From: Eledone cirrhosa
Lineage: Eukaryota
Assembly: GCA_964016885.1 (NCBI GenBank)
Contig: OZ024741.1
Span: forward strand, 42,966,001-43,030,000
Length of the DNA: 64,000 bases
Reading direction: 5' to 3'
Part shown: positions 1 to 14,319 of the stretch, piece after piece
Layout: each line of letters opens with the position of its first letter
Position numbering within the stretch: the first letter of the stretch is position 1
The notes under the pieces: generated by a model
The model's input: the letters and a program-made list of their open reading frames with translations, nothing else
Databases searched by the model: none
What the model was told of the DNA's origin: nothing
Translations under genes and position numbers: made by a program

Positions 1-20
1 TACGGGTAATTCATAGTAAA

Positions 21-169
21 ACTCATTATTTTACGATCGTTTCTGGGGGGGGGGGGTAGTTCTCCGTATGTTCATTCTATTAGAGATCTATCTAAAATAT
101 ATTACAAATTATCAAAGTAAGAGAATATACATACGTCTTCCCTACCCGGCGTCTTCAGAAATAGTGAGT
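21..169 (-). ncRNA. Type I hammerhead ribozyme motif with large stem II insert
   Basis: Minus strand reads actcactattt-CTGAAGA-(~110 nt)-GAAA-cgatcg-TA-aaataatgagt. Stem I is 10/11 bp and stem III is palindromic. Related to 2837-2978. Confidence 0.7.
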
Positions 170-840
170 TTTATTTATTGAAGAATATAAAAACATGTAT
201 GAATAAGTAACCTTTTAAGAACAAGATTGAGATTGACCAATAGTAAAAATAGGAAAGGGCAATATAACTGGTAGTAGTTGATGAATAAATTAGCAGTCAG
301 GGGATGAGGTATCGAATGACCTTTAAGAAAAAAAAAGAAAGTTGCGAGTGTAAAGGAATTTAGACAGATTGTATAGAAAAGTGTGGACGGTCAAGGAAGA
401 TTAAAGTTGGAGGAAAAGGGGTGCGGATATCAGTGTGTTATATCTAGTAGAATAGTATAGAACAATCCTAAATGTTTGTTATTTCTTTGTTCAAGAGGAA
501 TAATTTGTTCTTAAAATAGAACAAGTAGAGGAATATAGATGGAACCAAAGAAAAGTAAAATTTAGATAAAAAAATATATAGGTAAGAAAATAATAAAGTT
601 TGTGTAAGTATTGTATTGTGGTAGAGTGGTCAGAATGAAGTTTTACCTATAAGAAATTTTATTTTTGAATAAGAAATCTCATTAATAATCTGGTTTTTAC
701 TTAATAGGTTTAAATGCATGTCTGTTAAAATTTTGTTAGAGTATTGAATATAATGTAATATATAGTGCACATTAGTAGTTAATTATTTAAAACAGTTATA
801 GGGATGAGATATAGTATTGAATCTATGGATTAATTCTAAT

Positions 841-915
<75 letters not shown>

Positions 916-919
916 TTTT

Positions 920-1415
920 TCTTTTATATTTTTTCTTTATTTGTTTAGTTGTATTTATAATACTTGAATGTCTTTCTAATTCTATGGTTACATGCGATAA
1001 ATAATTCCTGTCTTTTATTTAATAGAATGTCTTTCGATTTAGTAATTTCAAAAATTTCTTCCGAACATAGTCCACATTCCTTTCTATTGCCCTGATAAGA
1101 AATGGTTCTTTTGAGAATCTTCCAAGTTAGGTTATAATTAATGTTATTCTTTTTACAATTATTAACTGCTTCCGCTAAAGAAGTGGTATTAGCTAATCTT
1201 GTATTTCGAATTATAACCTAACTTGGAAGATTCTCAGAAGAGCCATTTCTTATCAGGGCAATAGAAAGGAGTGTGGACTATGTTCCCAAGAAAGCTTTGA
1301 AATTACTAAATCGAAAGACATGCTATTAAATAAAAGAAAGGAGTTTAATATCGCATGTAACCATAGAATTAGAAAGACATTCAAGTAAACAAATAAAGAA
1401 AAATATAAAAGAATA
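920..1415. repeat. Fold-back inverted repeat (~200-bp arms) between CA/TA microsatellites
   Basis: ~920-1140 is the reverse complement of ~1208-1415 (e.g. ttccaagttaggttataatt / aattataacctaacttggaa). Confidence 0.85.
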
Positions 1416-1562
1416 TATATATATAAGATTCCGTTAAGGGTGAAAGCAACGATTTTTTGCTTAAACTTTAATCTGTTATTTTAATAAATATTTGCTCTAC
1501 GGTTCTTATATATCTGATATATATTTATCCTTATAGATTTATCCTTATAAATTTATTATTTT

Positions 1563-1602
<40 letters not shown>

Positions 1603-1646
1603 AGAAGAAGTTTATGAAACGGAAATGCAGGTATAAAGAATTTATT

Positions 1647-1763
1647 AGGTAACAATTGTTTCTATAGTGTATGGGTTACCTATACGTCGCTATTTGAATA
1701 ATATAAAAATATTATCATAAATCGTAGGTACACTGTAAGAAAACATACCATGTCGTCAGACTT
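1647..1763 (-). ncRNA. Type I hammerhead motif in a ~490-bp unit bounded by (TA)n
   Basis: Minus strand reads aagt-CTGACGA-(~90 nt)-GAAA-caattg-TT-acct. Stem III is palindromic and stem I has one mismatch. Confidence 0.55.
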
Positions 1764-2095
1764 TTGTAGTAGAATGATATGAAAATATGTTATACACTAG
1801 ATATAATATAAAGAAGAGGTAGGAAGGGAAGGGGAAGAGGGGAGCGAGTAAGGTGGAGGGAGTCTTAGGATTTAAGACTGTCAGAGTTGTAGAGATTGTA
1901 AGGAGAGAATGCTTTGGCAGCAGTTAGATTAATGAGGCGTGTTAGGGTTGGCGGGGAAGAAAATTCTTCTAGTGGTGTTGTTTGGACAAAATTTAGTTAA
2001 AGGGGTCAAAGTGGTACAGAGTTATACAGGTTGACTCCATCCAATGCGACTACTTAGTAACATTGGAATACAAATTTACTAATTATATATATATA

Positions 2096-3165
2096 TATAT
2101 AAATTAATAAAATAATGAATAAGCAAAGAAACAGTTCCTTATATTAAAAAATTCATCATTTTACGATCGTTTCTAGGATATATATGTGTTAGTGTTGGTA
2201 TGCATATTCTATAGATCTATGTAAAATATTTATACAAACAATCAGAGGGAATATACATACCTACAAATTAATTCATATTCTTTTCATAGATGTACTTTTT
2301 TCACTAACACTCTTATAGTAAAATTTTAGTCTCCTTAGATATTTGCATTGGCATTACTATTTTATAACAGCAACTGCTCGTATACCTTTTACTGACCTGA
2401 CCTATTTTCACCCCTAAAATCACCTTCTCATTCTTCACACTCCATTCAAAACTGAAATCTGCCTTATTCTACCCCTAAAATAAACTTCAATTACTACTAT
2501 TTTACCATTTGGCCAATTATTAACTTTCTATTGGTTAACTCTAAACCTCTTACCAAACAGACAGACTATATTAGATCTTTGTTGGTTTTATTCAATGAAC
2601 AAACATAATTATTTCTGAGGTCAGCATACGACCTATTTTCATCCCTAAAACAATCTTTCATTCATAACAATCTTTTCCATCCAAAACTGAAATCTACCTT
2701 CCTCTACCCATAATTTAAGGTTCTTCTACTACTATATTACTATCTTGACCCTCACTATCTTTCTATTGGTCAATTCAAAACCCGTTCCCAAACAGACCTA
2801 TTGTATTGAATCTTTGTTTTTTTCAATAAACAATTATCATTATTTCTGAAGACAGCATATATATGTGTAGGTATGTATATTCCCTCTGATAGTTTGTATA
2901 AATATTTTACATAGATCTATAGAATATGCATACCAACACTAACACATATATATCCTAGAAACGATCGTAAAATGATGAATTTTTTTAATATAAGGAACTG
3001 TTTCTTTGTTTATTCATTATTTTATTCATTTATATTGACTCTGTTTTCCGTTAATTTTCACCGAAAATAGTTTTTGAATGCATCTTCTCTTTTCATGATA
3101 TCCGGATTACATTGAGTTCTTCATACGGATTGGAAACTACCGTAAATTTTTGGTAGATTTATCTA
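2096..3165 (+). mobile_element. Fold-back non-autonomous HHR element (PLE 3' end-like)
   Basis: 2096-2265 is an inverted copy of 2866-3035. There is an internal ~230-bp tandem duplication, (TA)n on both sides and a 3' tail beyond the inverted arm. Confidence 0.75.
2837..2978 (+). ncRNA. Type I hammerhead ribozyme with extended stem II
   Basis: tcattattt-CTGAAGA-cagcatatatatgtgt...acacatatatatccta-GAAA-cgatcg-TA-aaatgatga, with a 9-bp stem I. Confidence 0.75.
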
Positions 3166-3166
3166 C

Positions 3167-3197
<31 letters not shown>

Positions 3198-3592
3198 TAA
3201 TATATTTGATATATATATTTTTTGAGCTTCATAGGAGGGACTAAACTCTGTGAGTGAACATTGTTAATTTTCTCCCTCATATCAAGGATTTGAAGAGAAT
3301 TCATTTTCACATGACGAGATCAGTGATAATCGATCATGAGTACACGATCGATCTATGTCTTGTTGAAACATGTGTCGTGATTAAAATGATTGGCAATTTA
3401 TACCATGCCGGATCTTTATTTTGATACAAATACTCCGTTTTACATCATGTAGCTGTTCCCATAAATGGAATTGGAGATATACAAAAGCGTGGAGAACTTA
3501 ATATTGCTAACAAACATTTATTGGACCGCTTGACACAACCAATAATGCACCTTACTATATAATAACTATATATATAAACATATATATATATT

Positions 3593-3628
<36 letters not shown>

Positions 3629-3675
3629 TATATATATACACACACACGTATATACCTATATATATACACACACTG

Positions 3676-3716
<41 letters not shown>

Positions 3717-3900
3717 ATAGGATATGTGTTCCTACACGCACAAGGCGCTAAGGGACACATGTATTGTCCAACCATATTCCAATGTGGTTCAATGGCAGGT
3801 TAATAAATTAACGAGCCAGAACATATATAATCAAGGTTTAGCAAATAATGAAAAAGTTTCAAAATAAATTTTAAAAAATTAACTTTACTTACTATAGTTA

Positions 3901-3982
3901 CCTTTACCGAATCGGTTTCGAATCTCAAAAATAAACTGAAACCATACGGCCTTCATTGCAAAGAAATATTCTCGTCAGAAAG
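3901..3982 (-). ncRNA. Type I hammerhead ribozyme
   Basis: cttt-CTGACGA-gaat...attc-GAAA-ccg att cgg-TA-aagg. Confidence 0.8.
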
Positions 3983-4382
3983 TTCTTTTCATTCGAAGAA
4001 TATAAAATTCTTGAATTTAAATTACGAACTAGCGCTATCCAAAACTGTTCCCGAGATGAGAGTAAATGAAGTGGAATCAATTTTTTCAAGGGCCGAAAGT
4101 AAAGATAGAGGCAGAGGGAGGTAGTTCAATCGGCTACCACTATCGCTAGCAGCAGTCGGAACGATAAATTTGTTCTCAACATAGATGAGAATAGTAATAA
4201 TAGGATATGTGTCCTACACGCACAAGGCGCTAAGAGACACATGTATTGTCCAACCATATGCCAATGTGGTTCAATGACAGCTTAATAAATTAACGAGCCA
4301 GAACATATATAATCAAGGTTTAGCAAATAATGAAAAAGTTTCAAAATAAATTTAAAAAAATTAACTTTACTTACTATAGTTA

Positions 4383-4464
4383 CCTTTACCGAATCGGTTT
4401 CAAATCTCAAAAATAAACTGAGACCATACGGCCTTCGTTGCAAAGAAAGATTCTCGTCAGAAAG
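4383..4464 (-). ncRNA. Type I hammerhead ribozyme (second unit)
   Basis: cttt-CTGACGA-gaatct...agattt-GAAA-ccgattcgg-TA-aagg. Confidence 0.75.
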
Positions 4465-4686
4465 TTCTTTTCATTCGAAGAATATAAAATTCTTGAATTT
4501 AAATTACGAACTAGCGCTATCCAAAACTGTTCCCGAGATGAGAGTAAATGAAGTGGAATCAATTTTTTCAAGGGCCGAAAGTAAAGATAGAGGCAGAGGG
4601 AGGTAGGTCAATCGGCTACCACTATCGCTAGCAGCAGTCGGAACGATAAATTTGTTCTCAACATAGAGGAGAATAGTAATAATAGG

Positions 4687-4719
<33 letters not shown>

Positions 4720-5442
4720 GGTAAAACAGGGCCAATGAGACAAGATCGAAACGTATTAAACCTGCTTACAAGGGTTATTTGTAATGACTGCAATTGTACA
4801 TATTCCCGGACAATGTTTTCCATGATATAGACTGATGAAATATGTACATTTGGGTAAGGCTTTTATGTCAGTGGCTGCACAGTGCAAAATGTACAGACCA
4901 TTAATTATATCGCTCTATCAATTAGCGGCCTCGGCGTCCTAGCAAAGAGGAAAAGTAGCCAAATGCCTACATATTATCACAGAGAAAGCCTGCTCTATTC
5001 TGGCGAACGTAACTAGCCGCTACACGTGACGTCACACGACTATGGAATTTCATCCTCCGTGCTGGGTTGTGCTTAAACGGTAAATTTAAAATAAATTATA
5101 TTAAGAAATTGTAGTTTGCGCATCGTTCGCCGTCGAGAACTCAGGCGTACTCGGATCGTTCTATACCATTCTGTTTTTGTGAGCTGTATAATCGAGCCAA
5201 AGTAATCACTGATAAGTTGACAGAACGTGTGATGGAAGAGCTTTTACAATCAACAACTAAACGACCATCCGGTTATCAAACAAACCACTGGGTGTTTATA
5301 ATAAATTGAAGTACATGTGTTTTTTTACTAGCAGCATCACCCTCCGAAAGTATAAGAATGTATTTGTTTATTTATACCTAAATGTATATACACACTCATT
5401 CGTATACATTACATGCTTACACACCGAAATACACGCACACAC

Positions 5443-5522
<80 letters not shown>

Positions 5523-5659
5523 GAAAGCGGAAAATTGCTTATTGTAATCCAATTCGTGGTTAAGATGGCCAGTTTCTTGGGCGGTTTCCAACGTACGGGT
5601 AGGGGTAACTCCTCAAGTTTGCAAGAATCTGGTTAGTAAATCCCGTTCAATCTTGGAGT

Positions 5660-6230
<571 letters not shown>

Positions 6231-6759
6231 GAATACTTTTATGTATATATACACACATATTCATATACAATCATATATATTTCCACATACACGAAAATGT
6301 ATGTAAGTTTGCGAATGCAATGGAATTTGTAGACATATATGTTGAAGCCAGTCGCAAACATTCACACATAAAACATAAGATATGTACATACCATCTGAGA
6401 TGTGACTTATAACTTATCCATATATTAATTCCTAAATCAATGATGGAATCAATCAATCAAATTTATATTCAGAATTGCCATATTTTCTAAGGCTAATAAT
6501 TTGGTGTAAAATAGGCTATGAACTGACGTATAAATATATTCGATGCAAGCTGGCACAGAGGAAAAAAATCACTTATTGATATTCACTATATAAATAATCT
6601 ATATATATTTAGATTTAGTTATTCTTTGGAAATCTGAAGCAGGGAAATTGTGTGCGTATTTGTTATGTTATTAAATGAATATAAATTGTAATACAGTAAT
6701 GTAATTTTTAACCAGGGTTGCAAAAACCCTTAACTGGCTTTCGACAGGATTCATCGTTA

Positions 6760-7184
6760 AATATATAAGTGTGAAATTTCTTTTTGAAGGACTCCTCGGC
6801 TATCAAACTTAGCGGTCCTTCCAGCACTGACGGAGATCATCATTGAAAATTAATATCGATGTTTTTTTTTATATTGATATTGCATGGGTATCCACTGATA
6901 AGTTATAAGGGCCCACTTGTGTGTATATCTATGGATTATATACAAGTTTCTACATAACTTGGACATTATTTCTCCCACCTTGTAGAAATTTATAACGAAA
7001 CGATCGTATGGAAAGAAAGAGATTTATTTAATTATGTCTCATATAAAATAATACAACCAGCTATCCACGGAATACTATATAGTTAGGACCCCAAACACAT
7101 AATTGGGATTATACTCAGGTATATCATAATGTTTGTTGAGTGAGATGGAGTTGGTCAGAGTATCGCTAAAAGCTTTCGCTGTTA

Positions 7185-7187
<3 letters not shown>
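6760..7187 (+). mobile_element. HHR-bearing dispersed repeat (second copy at ~39440-39860, minus strand)
   Basis: tcca-CTGATAA-gttataa...ttataac-GAAA-cgatcg-TA-tgga at 6891-7012, a G8A core mutation in this copy. The unit ends at (TA)n. Confidence 0.7.
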
Positions 7188-7230
<43 letters not shown>

Positions 7231-7269
7231 ATATTAAATAAATGGAAACTATATTTATAAAACCATATT

Positions 7270-7331
7270 TATTCTATTATATATATTTCAAGAGTGCCAA
7301 AAACTTTGGTACGCTTTCATCAGATAAAATA
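7270..7331 (-). ncRNA. Type I hammerhead ribozyme in PLE 3' UTR
   Basis: tattttat-CTGATGA-aagcgtacca...tggcactctt-GAAA-tatata-TA-atagaata. Confidence 0.8.
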
Positions 7332-9149
7332 CAAAGTGTGTTTTATAAATGTTGACATAGCCAAGGAACATACCTTATTCGTTGATTTTTCCTTGGATAG
7401 TGAATTTAAAGAACGGATTTTTCAAAATCGTTAGGATGAGTATGCAAATGAATATGTAAATGAGGTTGAGGTATATGATTGAAAAACTGTTATTTTATGG
7501 AAAATTTAGATATATGTTTATATTAGTAGGAGAGAAAGAAAGAAAAAAAATGAAAAAGAAGAAGACCACTTATATACGTTAATTTGGGGGAAAACATTTG
7601 AATATTTACCTATATTATGTATATACTTATATGGAGAATTATGTTTCTAAGTATTTATCTTATTACAATATTGTAGTGGGTTAAATATATAAATATCTAT
7701 ATATATTTTAATAATAGCATATGTATTAGTATTAAAGAGATAATTTGCAATTATTAGTTGTTTATAATATGAGTTACGAAGGAATATGATTTTGTGTTTT
7801 ATGTAGATAAATAAATAAATAAATAAATATGTAGTTCAAGTTTTAGGTTGTTGTTTATAATATGAGTTACGAGGGGTGTTGATTTTGTATTTTATGTAAA
7901 TAAATAGGTAGTTAAAGTTATGAATTCATATATTTGAATATCTTGTTCGGCACTGAGAATGTTTTAATTTAACGGAGTTACGTATATAATAATTTAATAA
8001 GTTTATATGATTGAGAAAGGAAAGATAAATCTAATTTTCTTTGTTATTCGATAATTTTTGAGAGTTAGTGTGAGATTAATTAATGTTTGAAAATCGTCGT
8101 GAATAGGATAAATGTTTCTAATGTCAGTTAATGGTTATTAATCTACGTTTAAAAATATCTTTAGAGGGTGTCATTGGAAAAATATAATGTAAGAATTAAA
8201 GAATTAAAAAATTAAAATTAAAATTATATTCATACACATATATATATATAAATATTTATACACATATATATAAATATATAAATAAATATACAAGTAAATA
8301 TAAATTAATATATATGATGAAACACAAATACCAACATATCTGTGTTTATATTGTAAAAGAAATTAACGGCTCAGAAATATTTTTTTCTTTGAGCTATTTC
8401 ATTGTAAAGGAATGCTTGAGTTTTGAACTCAATACACTTAATATAATTGCTTTTTACGTTGAGCTGATAGTAGCCCCATATATACGGCTGTTTTTTCTAG
8501 CAGTACGAGTATGAGGCTGGCTAGAAACTGTAAAACCATGTGCGTTAAACAGTCTTTTAAAATATTTAGAAGTGAAGCATATCAATTTGTTCAGGGTGTT
8601 TACTGATGTGAGCTGGACAGGATATCCTTACACTTATTAATCTCGAAACATATTTGGATTTTAAAGTTTAAACTTATGTACGGAACAGGTTTGATTTTGA
8701 AATTTAAATTTGTCTAAACACCATGGCCATTTGCCAATACTGTTTGTTTTTATTGATTTATTATTTTAAATCGATATAGGCAAACTGTAATAGTATAATT
8801 AGTATATTTCATTCTAGCTAACTTAATTTCTTTTACAATATAAACACAGATATGTTGGTATTTGTGTTTCATCATATATATTAATTTATATTTACTTGTA
8901 TTACACGGTTCAGAAATATTTTTTTCTTTGAGCTATTGCATTGTAAAGGAATGCTTGAGTTTTGAACTCAATACACTTAATAAATAAATATATATATATA
9001 TATATTAAAAGAAATGTTTGCTGAAAGGTGAAAGTATTACAAATATTAGAAATATTAATATATTAAAATATAAAAAATTTAAATTTTTAAAGAAGATAGG
9101 ATCATTTTGAAGGTTTATAAGAATACCATGAATTACACATAGTTCTGAA

Positions 9150-9947
9150 CGTGGAATTTTGGCGATGTCTGGAAGAAGAAAATAATTCTGTTTTGAGATT
9201 AATAGAGTTTTGACAGTTAATTATATAACACATTTCTTCGATAAACAATTTACAGAATTTTTATAAAGCCATATTTAGGTACGCAAGTGCTTTCGAAATC
9301 TTTTTCCAAGATATTGAATAGTCTATATTCTTGCTTTTTTTAAAGTTCCATATAAGATGTGAAAGAGAAGTAGATGTTTTATCAGATCTTCTAAAAGAAT
9401 GATTATGGATATTCCAGCGTTCTTTAAATTTTCTAGAAGTGGCACCGACATAGTTAAATTTATTATCTCTAGTTTTAACTGTGCATTTATAAACTACGTT
9501 TTTATCTAAACACTTATTTTGAAAAGGGCAGTTTGATTTGATTCTACAGTTACATTTTACGGAGTTGTTGTTGCTCGGAACGGTACAATTATACAGGATA
9601 TTGCTAGAAATATTATTATTGCTATTATGGTTATTTTGGTTAGGGTTTAAATTTAAGTTTCTATTATTAATTCTATTTATATTTTGTTCTATGTTCATAG
9701 TAGTAGAGTAGGATAATTTTATAGTATGTCTATTAAAGATAGAGTGGTATCTGTCGGCTTTAGGAAAACATTTGTCTAGTGCTTTAAAGAATAGCTTTCC
9801 TAAAGGTGTTTTAACGCTTAATGAGAAGGGGGGGTACCAAATAATGTTTCTAGTTCTAGTTCTTTTGTTTGTTTTAGAGTTTAAGTTAAATTGTTTATTA
9901 TTATCATAATTAATACTGTGGGTGATTTGCCATGTTATTGTTGTCAA
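9150..9947 (-). pseudogene. PLE linker + GIY-YIG endonuclease fragment
   Basis: RNIIWYPPFS, IFNRHTIKLSYS, CNCR..CPF..CL, VVYKC...YVGAT, LSHLIW. Confidence 0.8.
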
Positions 9948-9980
9948 TGTATTTAATTTTATTCGAATACCCTGCTCTAT

Positions 9981-10445
9981 TTAAAGCTTCATTATAATAT
10001 TCAGCCTTATCATAAAAAATATTTTTATTAGCTGAGATGCGTAAAATCCTTTGTTGGACACTATTGACAATAGTGTTCTTAATAGCTTTAGGATGACGTA
10101 ATTTAGATTTTCATTAATTTCACGGAAAGGATAGTAAAGCCCTGTGCTAAGGTTTAATGTTACGTCTACGAAATTAACGATTTTATAGTTATTCTCTATT
10201 TCTAACTTAAGGTAATAGTTATTGAAGAATTTTATTATGGATTTTCTTTTCCTATTAATTTCAGAATTACTATGGTTTTCAATTAAAAGCAGCATATCGT
10301 CACGATATAAACCTCCGGTAATCTCTGGCATTTTCCTATGCAGTGTATTATTAAAAGATAAGCCCACAAGATCCGTTATTTGCGCCGAGTTGGATGATCC
10401 CATAGTTATATCAAAATTGTTTTTTCTGTCGGCTCTTGTTTTTTC
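9981..10445 (-). pseudogene. PLE reverse transcriptase core fragment (frameshifted)
   Basis: The ORF 9981-10529 contains MGS and YRDD motifs. Its N-terminal ~25 aa derive from the inverted arm. Confidence 0.8.
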
Positions 10446-10676
10446 TGTCGACTCTTTTCTTTCTTTCTCTCCTACTAATATAAACATATATCTAAATTTT
10501 CCATAGCGTTTAAAATAACGGTTTTTCAATCATATACCTCAACCCCATTTACATATTCATTTGCATACTCATCCTAAAAAATTTGAAAAATCCGTTCTTT
10601 AAATTCACCATCCAAGGAAAATTCAACTGATAAGGTATGTTCCTTGGCTATGTCAAAATTTATAAAACACACTTTG

Positions 10677-10738
10677 TATTTTATCTGATGAAAGCGTGCC
10701 AAAGTTTTTGGTACCCTTGAAATATATATAATAGAATA
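10677..10738 (+). ncRNA. Type I hammerhead ribozyme in the inverted PLE arm
   Basis: tattttat-CTGATGA-aagcgtgcca aagtttt tggtaccctt-GAAA-tatata-TA-atagaata. Confidence 0.8.
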
Positions 10739-11382
10739 AATATGGCTTTATAAATATAGTTTCCATTTATTTAATATCATTGAATATTTACTCCAGAAAT
10801 TTGTCGAGTGCTCTGAATCAGTTATAAACATTTATATTTGTTGAATTACCAACAAATTAAATATCCCTTCTGCTTATATATAAATATATATATATATATA
10901 ATGAAAAATTGAACAGGGACAGAACAGAGAGGCAGTACAATAAATGTTTATTAAATTCACGCCCAGGAGAGTAGAATGGTCAAAACTCCCTTCTGTAGAA
11001 TAAATTATAGTTTGATCTAATAAATATGTGAGAATATATACATGAAATATTATCCGTAATGTATATATATATTTATATAAATTGCCTGAATGTATTGCTT
11101 TAATCACTAAAGAAAGATCCCTCAATATGGAATCGTAGAAATGAAGATAGTACATTGTATGATGTATACCTTCTTAGATACTCCGATGTGCGTGAAACAA
11201 GTTCATTTACTTCGCTCTTCAGAAGGCTGAGGAACGAAGTAAATCAACTTGATTCATACAATATATATTTATATATATATATATATATATGTCCGGATGT
11301 AGCTGTCGAAGCGGCCGGAGCTCAGCCGTCGGGGTTCTGACACTTTTCATATATATGTATGTATGTATGGATGTATATATAT

Positions 11383-13065
11383 ATATATTAGTAAAAAGGA
11401 AAAGAAAATGCTGACAAATTTTTCACAATGAAAAGTAGTTTAATTAGGAATAAGTATAAATTAGTAATAAGTATTAGTTAGTATTCAGTTTTAGTTCTAA
11501 GTTTTTACCGGTTGCGTATTTATAATGCTTTTCAAAAATAATTTTGAGATAGAGCGCTCGTGATTTTTGATCTAATCTGATCAGTCTGGGAAATTCTTCC
11601 TGTTTTATGTGAAAAAAGTCACTCCAGAAGTATTAAGATTTGGTTGGTTGTTGAATGTCACGTGAATAAGCACTATCAATTTCGCGCCAATTCGTGTTGC
11701 AAAAATTATTGCAGTCAAAACAATTTTGATTGGTCGGTAGAAGTCACGTGAATGTTAAAAGTGATTTTAGCGCCAAATGTAGGTTGGTCGAAGAGTGTCC
11801 TTTTCCGCTCCGCTTGATTGAGTTGCAGTCATGTTAAGAAGTCACTGAAAAATATGTCTATTAAGACAACTGGGTGTGTCTGTGTGTGTAGTAAAGTGGT
11901 TCATTGTTGTAATAATGGTCAGTAGGGATATGTGTGTACGTGTGTGAGTTGCAGTCATGTTGAAAGGTCAACAGTTCAAGTGTCTATTAAGACAAATATG
12001 TGTGTGTTGGTGTGTGTGTGTGTGTGTAGCAGAGTGGTTCATTGTCGTGATAATGGGAATGAATCGGTCAGTAGAAATGTGTGAGTACGTGGGTGTGTGT
12101 GTGGGTGGGGTTTATTTTCACATGTTGAAACATATTTTTCGGCTCTTGTCTTATACGGAGAAGTGTGTGTGTGTATGTGTCTGTGTGTGTATATATGTCT
12201 GTCTGTATGCTAGTGTACGCGCATGCTCGCGTGCGTGCGTGCGTGCGTGTGTGTCTGTGTGTGTGTGGATGGACCAGTATTTTTGTGGTACTGCTAAAAA
12301 TAGCGTACATTATTCGATATTTTCAGTCATTTGCAAAAACGATTCTCTCAACAGAACATAAATAACATCAATAATAAAAAAGGTGAAATAATGTATAGTA
12401 TGGTCATAACAACAAGGCGTGTGTGAGTGTCCAGATCGTACGTACTGCAAGGGGGAATCCATTAGGCCCTGCCGTATGGGATACTTGTGTACAAATATGT
12501 ATGTGCCCATCAATGTGCAATACATGTGTATGTGTATGTGTGCGTGTCGGCACGTGTATATCTATAAACATCAAGAGGTATGCGAATTTGTGTATATTTG
12601 TGTTGCACCATACGGACATGTGTGTTTACGTATGTCATTGTGTTTATATGTGGATAGAAATCTATGTTGGATGTGCGTCATTTTTAGCAGAACCACAACA
12701 ATACTGGGCCATCCACACACACACACATATACACACACGTACACACTTACACACGCGGACACTAACATACAGACAGACATGCATACACACACACACACTT
12801 CTCCGTATAAGACAAGAGCTGAAGATATGTTTCAACATGTGAAAATCCCCCCCACCCCCCACCCACATCCACATATACACACACGTTGCTACTGCCCGAT
12901 TCATTCCCATTATCACAACAATGAACCACTCTGCTACACACACACACACACACACACACATTTGTCTTAATAGACACCTGGACTGTTGATCGTTCAACAT
13001 GATTGCAACTCACACACGTACACACACATCCCTACTGATCATTATCACAACAATGAACCATTTTA

Positions 13066-13121
<56 letters not shown>

Positions 13122-13620
13122 TTGTTTTAATAGACATATTTTTCAGTGACTTCTTAACATGACTGCAACTCAATCAAGCGGAAAAGGACACTCTTCGACC
13201 AACCTACATTTGGCGCGCAACCAGTTCGCGCTAAAATCAATTTTAACATTCACGTGATTTCTACCGACCAATCAAAATTGTTTTGACTACAAGAATTTTT
13301 GCAACACGAATTGGCTCGAAATTGATAGTGCTTATTCACGTGACATTCAACAACCAACCAAATCTTAATACTTCTGGAGACACTTTTTTCACATAAAACA
13401 GAAAGAATTTCCCAGACTGATCAGGTTAGATAAAAAATCACGAGCACTCTATCTCAAAATTAATTTTGAAAAGCATTAGAAATGCGCAACCGGTAAAAAC
13501 TTAAAACTAAAACTTAATACTAACTAATACTTATTACTAATTTATGCTTATTCCTAATTAAACTATTTTTCACTGGGAAAAAAAATTTGTCAGCATTTTC
13601 TTTTCCTTTTTACTAATATA
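11383..13620. mobile_element. Large fold-back element (~925-bp arms, ~360-bp spacer) in (TA)n with a degenerate U3-A8 HHR near each outer end
   Basis: 11383-~12310 is the reverse complement of ~12671-13620. TTGAAAA-gcatt/aatgc-GCAA-ccgg-TA lies at 13466-13495, with its mirror at ~11505-11535. Related to 19550-20170. Confidence 0.85.
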
Positions 13621-13650
13621 TCACAACTCGTTTGTCACACCTCTATTTTT

Positions 13651-13766
<116 letters not shown>

Positions 13767-13828
13767 TATATATATATAGATATATATATGTATATATATA
13801 TATATAAATATATAAATATATATATAAA

Positions 13829-13889
<61 letters not shown>

Positions 13890-14319
13890 TCATACCACTA
13901 GAGTTCATGTAGTTTAATATAATCGTCTGCTAGGAAGAGGAAGTATGATATATATGAGAGTTTCGCAAGATGCCCTGCAGTTGTTTCGAAACAAGGGTTC
14001 TTATACTGCTTCCAATTTAATCTAGAGATATACAAATACATACAAGAAATTAAGACTCTTGCTTCTAGATTAATTATTATTTGTTTTTGGATGGCCGGGA
14101 TTCTAAAACTATGATGTGATCTTTAACATATGACAGATAATCAGAACCCTCGTCATAGGGGTTTAGATATGTCCTAGAATTGTTAACAATGCACAATGAT
14201 CATGTATATACTAGTTTCGCATTTACCATACATTAATATAGATACACTCACGAATATATATAAATAAATATATATATATACATATATATATCTATCTATA
14301 TCTATATCTATATCTATAA

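Larger units (their letters stand above)
3716..4690 (-). mobile_element. Tandem dimer of a ~482-bp HHR-containing unit (retrozyme-like)
   Basis: Two near-identical copies (period ~482) between TA arrays, each with one minus-strand HHR and no credible ORF. Confidence 0.8.
7226..10873 (-). mobile_element. Degenerate 5'-truncated Penelope-like element (Naiad-type RT + GIY-YIG) with inverted 3'-end copy at its 5' end
   Basis: RT motifs FDITMGS..., GGLYRDD and VNFVDVTLNL. GIY-YIG region CNC..CPF...CL..NVVYKC..YVGAT..FKERW..H..SF. 7226-7546 is the reverse complement of ~10455-10782. An insert at ~8230-9000 interrupts it. Confidence 0.8.

Noticed and set aside
3307-3380. tcac-ATGACGA...GAAA-catgtg-TC-gtga, and a similar motif at ~13973-14160 (-)
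   Set aside because: Probably decayed HHRs (C3A), but the core is broken and stem II is unclear, so they were not counted as features.
4718-5380. Possible MITE bounded by taggta...taccta
   Set aside because: The terminal match is only ~6-8 bp and there is no second copy in the window.
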